DNA from: an uncultured Coriobacteriales bacterium
GTDB lineage: Bacteria; Actinomycetota; Coriobacteriia; Coriobacteriales; UMGS124
Assembly (NCBI GenBank): GCA_902464015.1
Contig: CABQHM010000001.1
Coordinates: forward strand, 91,244 to 155,243
Direction of reading: 5' to 3'
Length of the DNA: 64,000 nucleotides
Part shown: piece by piece, positions 60,036-64,000 of the stretch
How the letters are laid out: every line of letters begins with the position of its first letter
Numbering within the stretch: the first letter of the stretch is position 1
The notes under the pieces: generated by a model
Seen by the model: only the letters and a program-made list of their open reading frames with translations
Databases searched by the model: none
Told to the model about the DNA's origin: nothing
Made by a program: the position numbers and the translations under genes

Positions 60036-61211
60036 TTACTCCTTTCCCTGTGCAACTGATTCGGGCACGTCGGTGGCCATCGGGCAGCCAGAAAGCGAAG
60101 TGATGTCGCGAGGCAGGCCGTCGGGGCCAAGCTCCCAGCCTTCCTCGCGCGCCTCGCGTGCCACGACTGCCTTCATCGCGGCGATGGCGCACTCAAGGTG
60201 GCAGGTATCGGGCTCGTTGGTGGTGATGAGCTGCATGGCCATACCCGGGGCAAGCACGATCTTCACCAGAGGGTTGTCGGGATGCTGGCCGGCCCAGCGC
60301 ACGGTGACCTCATAGGAAAGGCCCGCCACAATCGGCAGCAAGACGATGCGGGTGAGAAGCACCACCAGGAAGCGCCCCACGCCGCCCTCGAGGCCCAGGG
60401 CCTCCACGAGCATGTCGGTGGGGAACACGGTGAACACGATGATGGACACGATGAGCACCATGATGATGAACGCGGTGCCACAGCGCACATGCTGGCGGGA
60501 GAACGCCATGCAGTTCTCGGGCGTGAGTGGGAGGCCATGCTCCAGGCAGTGGATTGTCTTGTGCTCCGCGCCGTGGTAGCGGTACATCTTCCTGATGTCA
60601 GGCATGAGGGCGATGAGCCACATGTACAGCACGAAGATGGCGGCGCGCAGCACGCCGTCGAGCAGGTTCCACGCAACCATGTTGTCATGGGAGTAATCGC
60701 CCACGACGAGGTTGGTCACAAAGGCAGGCACGAAGATGAAGAGGGCCACACCCAGCAGCACGCCCAGGGCCATGGAAACGGCCATCCAGCCGGCCATGCC
60801 CTTCTCCTCGGCTTCCTCGCTGGCCTGTCGCTGCTCCTCGGCAATCTGCTCGGCCGCCTCGGCGCGCGCCGCCTGCTTCTCAGCCTCGCTTTTGCCCTCG
60901 AGCTTCTTGGCCTGCTCCTCGTCCTCGTCGAAGTCATAGGCGTGGGCGGCGGTGATGCCCATGGCCTTGTACTGCAGCACGAGCGACTCAACCATGGCCA
61001 CGCAACCGCGCACGAGCGGCCACTTGCGCCAGGGCTGCTTCTTGCCGTAGCCGGGAACGTCGTGCTCCTCCACGTAGATGCCGCCCTCGGGCTCACGCAC
61101 GGCAACGGCCCAGGAATAGCGACCGCGCATCATGACGCCCTCGAGCATGGCGGCACCACCGATGTGGGTCTGGAAGAGCTCCCCGGTGTTTTGGTCCTTA
61201 GTGTCAGCCAT
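60036..61211 (-). CDS. DUF1385-family membrane protein (YqhQ-like)
   Basis: IGGAAMLEGVMMRG..WAVAVREPEGGI, HGAEHKTIHCLE and multiple TM helices. Contains an acidic coiled insert (DEDEEQAKKLEGKSEAEKQAA..). Confidence 0.75.
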   Translation of the reverse strand: MADTKDQNTGELFQTHIGGAAMLEGVMMRGRYSWAVAVREPEGGIYVEEHDVPGYGKKQPWRKWPLVRGCVAMVESLVLQYKAMGITAAHAYDFDEDEEQAKKLEGKSEAEKQAARAEAAEQIAEEQRQASEEAEEKGMAGWMAVSMALGVLLGVALFIFVPAFVTNLVVGDYSHDNMVAWNLLDGVLRAAIFVLYMWLIALMPDIRKMYRYHGAEHKTIHCLEHGLPLTPENCMAFSRQHVRCGTAFIIMVLIVSIIVFTVFPTDMLVEALGLEGGVGRFLVVLLTRIVLLPIVAGLSYEVTVRWAGQHPDNPLVKIVLAPGMAMQLITTNEPDTCHLECAIAAMKAVVAREAREEGWELGPDGLPRDITSLSGCPMATDVPESVAQGKE

Positions 61212-61271
61212 TGTGGTTCGAGAATCCTTCCCGTCGGCCCCGCGCATGCCAGGCCGCCCTCGCCGCAGCCC

Positions 61272-62300
61272 TTAGGCGCGCAGCGTGTAGATGACGATAG
61301 CGGCCTTGTCGAGGTAGGTGTTGACGTAATCGGTCCAGGCAGCCGACGAATCGCCCGCTGTGCCGCCGGCTTGCTGGTATGCCACGTTATACGCAAGCAT
61401 TGCAGCATTGTAGCTGGCAGAACCCTGCGCGAAAACCTGGTCTTTGAGCACGGCATAGTAGGCGTTGTCGGTGTTGGCCCACGACTGGGTGGCTGCGTCC
61501 CAGTTGGCGCCGAGCAGGCCGATGATGTAGTCGGCGTATTCGGGATGGCCCAGCTCGGTGTTCCCGTCGGAGGGCCACACAGGCTCCTGAAGCGTCTGGG
61601 CAGAGGCGGGGCATACGCTGTCCTTGAGCTTGGAGATGGCGCACGCCTGCTGCAGGGCCGCCTGAGCCTGGTCGACATCCATGTGCAGGTAGGCAGCTGC
61701 CTGGGTGATGTCGGTTGTGCCCACGAGCTGCTGCATGTAGGCATTCACCTCGTCGGCGCTCGCCGTGATGCCGGCGTCGGCGGCGATTTGGGCAAGCACC
61801 TGGTTGCGGGCATACGCAAGGACCATGTCCGAGGAGGGTGCGTCGTACGTGCCGTCGGCGTTGAGCGAGTACGAGAGAGACTGCGTGCCCTCGATGGCCT
61901 CGCGTGCCGTGATATCGAACGTCTCGCCGTTGTAGGTGTAGGTGCCCACCACGCAGGAGAGCTCGGTGTCGGCCAAGGCGGGCGCAACGGGATCGAGCTT
62001 CGTCGTGCCCCAGCCAAAGACAAACCTGGCCAGGACGATTGCGGCGAGCACGCCTACCGCGAGGCCGATGAGCGCCGTGACAGCCGCCGTGCGGTGCGAC
62101 TTCGCGCGAGCCTGCTGCTGTACGTCGTCGATGCCCTTCTGCAGCATGGCCATCTGCTGTTGCTGCCAGGCAACGACCTGGGCACGAGAGTAAACGGGCA
62201 CGTTGTCGGCCTGCTGATATTGACCCTGAGGCGTCTGCTGGTACTGACCCTGGGGGTTCTGCTGGTTGCCGTACGGATTGCCGTCCTGGTACTGGGACAT
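61272..62300 (-). CDS. Membrane-anchored protein with a Gln/Pro/Tyr-rich cytoplasmic N-terminus and a SurA-N-like extracytoplasmic region; paralogue of 45356-46210
   Basis: MSQYQDGNPYGNQQNPQGQYQQ.., TM AAVTALIGLAVGVLAAIVLA, then MVLAYARNQVLAQIAADAGITASADEVNAYM. ATG at 62300 with AGGAGA upstream. Confidence 0.5.
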   Translation of the reverse strand: MSQYQDGNPYGNQQNPQGQYQQTPQGQYQQADNVPVYSRAQVVAWQQQQMAMLQKGIDDVQQQARAKSHRTAAVTALIGLAVGVLAAIVLARFVFGWGTTKLDPVAPALADTELSCVVGTYTYNGETFDITAREAIEGTQSLSYSLNADGTYDAPSSDMVLAYARNQVLAQIAADAGITASADEVNAYMQQLVGTTDITQAAAYLHMDVDQAQAALQQACAISKLKDSVCPASAQTLQEPVWPSDGNTELGHPEYADYIIGLLGANWDAATQSWANTDNAYYAVLKDQVFAQGSASYNAAMLAYNVAYQQAGGTAGDSSAAWTDYVNTYLDKAAIVIYTLRA

Positions 62301-62322
62301 GACACGCTCTCCTGAAGTTTGA

Positions 62323-63003
62323 TTACAGTTCGGCCGGACGCGGATAGGGGTTGCCACAGCACATCTTGCCCTCCGGGCATGCCCCACGCATGCAGCCCGG
62401 GCCCGCCGTGCGGAAAATGAAGGGGGCCGTGGGCCTTACAAGCTCGAGCATCTTCCAGGCAAGCTCGCGAATCTCCCACTGCGCGCGGTTGCAGCAGCGG
62501 TTGGAGAAGAAGTGCATGAGCTCGCGGATGTTCATGGTCACGACGATCTTGGTCTCGCAGGCGTTGGGCAGGATATAGCGCGCATCCTCGGCAGGAACGC
62601 CAGCCTGCACGAGCTTGTCGTAAGCCTGCCAGCACGCATCGATGGCCTCGTCAAAGGCCTGGGCGGCCTCGGGATTGGTGTCGACGCTGGCGGGACGCAC
62701 GATAGGCGGCTCTTCCTTGAACTTGACGTAGCGCTGCGACTGCTGGTTGTAGCTCGCAAGACGATGGCGCACAAGCTGATGGGTGAGCGCACGGCTCACA
62801 CCCTCAACGGCAAACGTGTAGCTGGCATGCTCAAGCGTGGAGAAGTGACCGCTCGACATGATGGTGGTGAGAACCTTGCGGATCTTCTCGTCGGTCAGGC
62901 TCTCCATGAGCTCGCGGCCGCCCACGGGGGCATAGCAAAGGCGGGCAGCAGTCGCCACGGCGCGCTCGGGTTCAGGCGTGTGGTAGAGAAGCGTAACGTC
63001 CAT
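62323..63003 (-). CDS. thyX: FAD-dependent thymidylate synthase ThyX
   Basis: ThyX motif RHRLASYNQQSQRY, plus HFSTLEH. ATG at 63003 with GGGAGGA upstream. Confidence 0.9.
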   Translation of the reverse strand: MDVTLLYHTPEPERAVATAARLCYAPVGGRELMESLTDEKIRKVLTTIMSSGHFSTLEHASYTFAVEGVSRALTHQLVRHRLASYNQQSQRYVKFKEEPPIVRPASVDTNPEAAQAFDEAIDACWQAYDKLVQAGVPAEDARYILPNACETKIVVTMNIRELMHFFSNRCCNRAQWEIRELAWKMLELVRPTAPFIFRTAGPGCMRGACPEGKMCCGNPYPRPAEL

Positions 63004-63027
63004 GGAATCCTCCCAATCCTTCGGTAC

Positions 63028-63068
63028 GAAAAAAGCCGGCCCCTCGGTATGACTCGAAGGGCCGGCTT
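63028..63068 (-). terminator. Rho-independent terminator after rpmE
   Basis: Minus-strand AGCCGGCCCTTCG..CGAGGGGCCGGCT stem followed by TTTTTTCG. Confidence 0.7.
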
Positions 63069-63106
63069 AAAGAACGTGCTGGTGCCTTGCGTGGCAGGGC
63101 TAAAGG

Positions 63107-63505
63107 CTACTCGGCCTCGGGAGCCTCGGCCTCAGCGGCAGGAGCCTCGACGGGGTCGTTGGCGTGAGCAGCAGCGTACTCAGCGGCGCGCTTGGCCTTC
63201 TCGGCGGCCTTCTTCTCGCGCTCAATCTTAGCAGCGGCCTCGGCCTCGGCGGCCTTGGCAGCGCGGGCAGCCTTCTCAGCGGCCTGCTTCTCGGCCAGAG
63301 CGGCAGCGGCGCCACCGAACTTGCTGGCGAAGCGCTGGACGCGACCGGCGTTGTCAACGAACTTCTGCTGGCCAGTGTAGAAGGGGTGGCAAGCGTTGCA
63401 AAGCTCGACGGTGAGCTCAGAAACGGTCGAGTGGGTCTTGAAGGTGTTGCCGCAGGTGCAACGGACGGTGCACTCGACGTACTCGGGGTGGATACCCTGC
63501 TTCAT
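63107..63505 (-). CDS. rpmE: 50S ribosomal protein L31 (Zn-ribbon type A) with a ~60-aa Ala/Lys/Glu-rich C-terminal tail
   Basis: [11 protein letters not shown]..(CTCGN) and [13 protein letters not shown] at 63505 with AAGGAG upstream. Tail: [39 protein letters not shown]... Confidence 0.9.
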   Translation of the reverse strand: MKQGIHPEYVECTVRCTCGNTFKTHSTVSELTVELCNACHPFYTGQQKFVDNAGRVQRFASKFGGAAAALAEKQAAEKAARAAKAAEAEAAAKIEREKKAAEKAKRAAEYAAAHANDPVEAPAAEAEAPEAE

Positions 63506-63727
63506 GATAAAACTCCTTATGGTAGATGACGGACGCTGGTTTCCGACCAGGCGCCCCGTGAGCTGAGGAAGCATACCAAACTTGAGGGCCCTCATGCCAG
63601 TGAATCACGAAGGGAACATGAGATTGCGCGTCTTGCAAGGAGGTCCGTCGCAGACCCGTGCGAGAACAGGCGCCGCGGGGCATATACTGGGCTGAAAGCA
63701 CCAGGCACTCACCACAAGGAGGCAAGC

Positions 63728-64000
63728 ATGGACCGGATGGACATCGCGATTGTCGGCACGGGACCGGCGGGCGTATCGGCTGCCGTGACGGCCAAGCTGC
63801 GCAACAAGAAGGTGGCGCTTTTTGGAAGCGCCGAGCTGAGCGCCAAGATGAGCAAGGCGCACGACATACGCAACTACACGGGCCTGCCCGACGTCGGCGG
63901 CGCGGAGTTGGCAGCGCACATGCGTGCCCACCTCGACGCGATGGACGTGGCAGTGACGCCCGAGCAAATCGTGGCCGTCTACCCCATGGGCGACTACTTC
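63728..64000 (+). CDS. FAD-dependent pyridine-nucleotide-disulfide oxidoreductase, thioredoxin-reductase-like (3' end outside the window)
   Basis: My own translation from ATG 63728 (AAGGAGG 7 nt upstream): MDRMDIAIVGTGPAGVSAAVTA..IRNYTGLPDVGGAELAAHM. It has a GxGxxG dinucleotide fold and the NYPG-like segment seen in TrxB. The frame is open to the window end and is absent from the ORF track. Confidence 0.6.
   Translation, partial: MDRMDIAIVGTGPAGVSAAVTAKLRNKKVALFGSAELSAKMSKAHDIRNYTGLPDVGGAELAAHMRAHLDAMDVAVTPEQIVAVYPMGDYF

Noticed and set aside
1-64000. Looked for CRISPR arrays, transposases, integrases, phage genes, toxin-antitoxin pairs, restriction or other defence genes, and rRNA.
   Set aside because: I recognised none. 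The only repeats are the short palindromic block at 19561-19834 and the 27-bp duplication at 33094-33180. There is no obvious AT-rich island apart from short promoter gaps near 21100-21250 and 53750-53870.

Overview
High-GC (about 65%) chromosome segment. Gene content suggests an anaerobic actinobacterium, probably Coriobacteriia/Eggerthellaceae-like; that placement is an inference, with no database check possible. The window is densely coding, and I saw no rRNA, CRISPR array, transposase, integrase or prophage gene.

Plus strand, 1-19.5 kb, is a cobalamin block. It opens with nucleotide-loop genes: cobT (5' end off-window), cobU, cobS, a second truncated cobU-like gene, and cobC. A cobalamin riboswitch follows and leads a roughly 16-kb, largely translationally coupled operon. 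That operon starts with a Tat-exported CbiK-family chelatase, then a secreted tandem-domain protein of unknown family, then a BtuFCD-like ABC importer whose ATPase has an extra C-terminal domain. It continues into cbiD-cbiF-cbiG-cbiH-cbiJ-cbiET-cbiA-cbiB-cobQ-cbiC.

The rest is mostly minus-strand housekeeping:
- a coiled-coil cell-wall hydrolase, iaaA, larB-larC, rlmKL, a dehydrogenase with a His/Cys/Asp tail, degV, hpf, an amino-acid binding protein, dinB and comF
- a glmS-acpS-nnr-alr-udg-tsaE-tsaB/rimI/tsaD string, then rplM-rpsI, tRNA-Glu and ppk2
- a System I cytochrome c maturation cluster (ccmE-F-A-B-C-D)
- bioY-birA, folE-folP/folK, xthA, fbp (class 3), a DUF1385 gene, thyX, rpmE and a partial trxB-like gene

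The most interesting observations are:
- the riboswitch-led extracytoplasmic tetrapyrrole-capture module, including its unknown tandem-domain protein
- a tandem CcmE with a CxxxY haem motif, in a ccm cluster without ccmG/H
- a TsaB-RimI-TsaD triple fusion
- an Nnr enzyme with a 330-aa tail carrying three [IV]P[SA]FL motifs at an exact 45-aa period
- a 280-bp block of nested palindromes after cbiC

All functional calls rest on my reading of motifs in the supplied translations. No searches were run.
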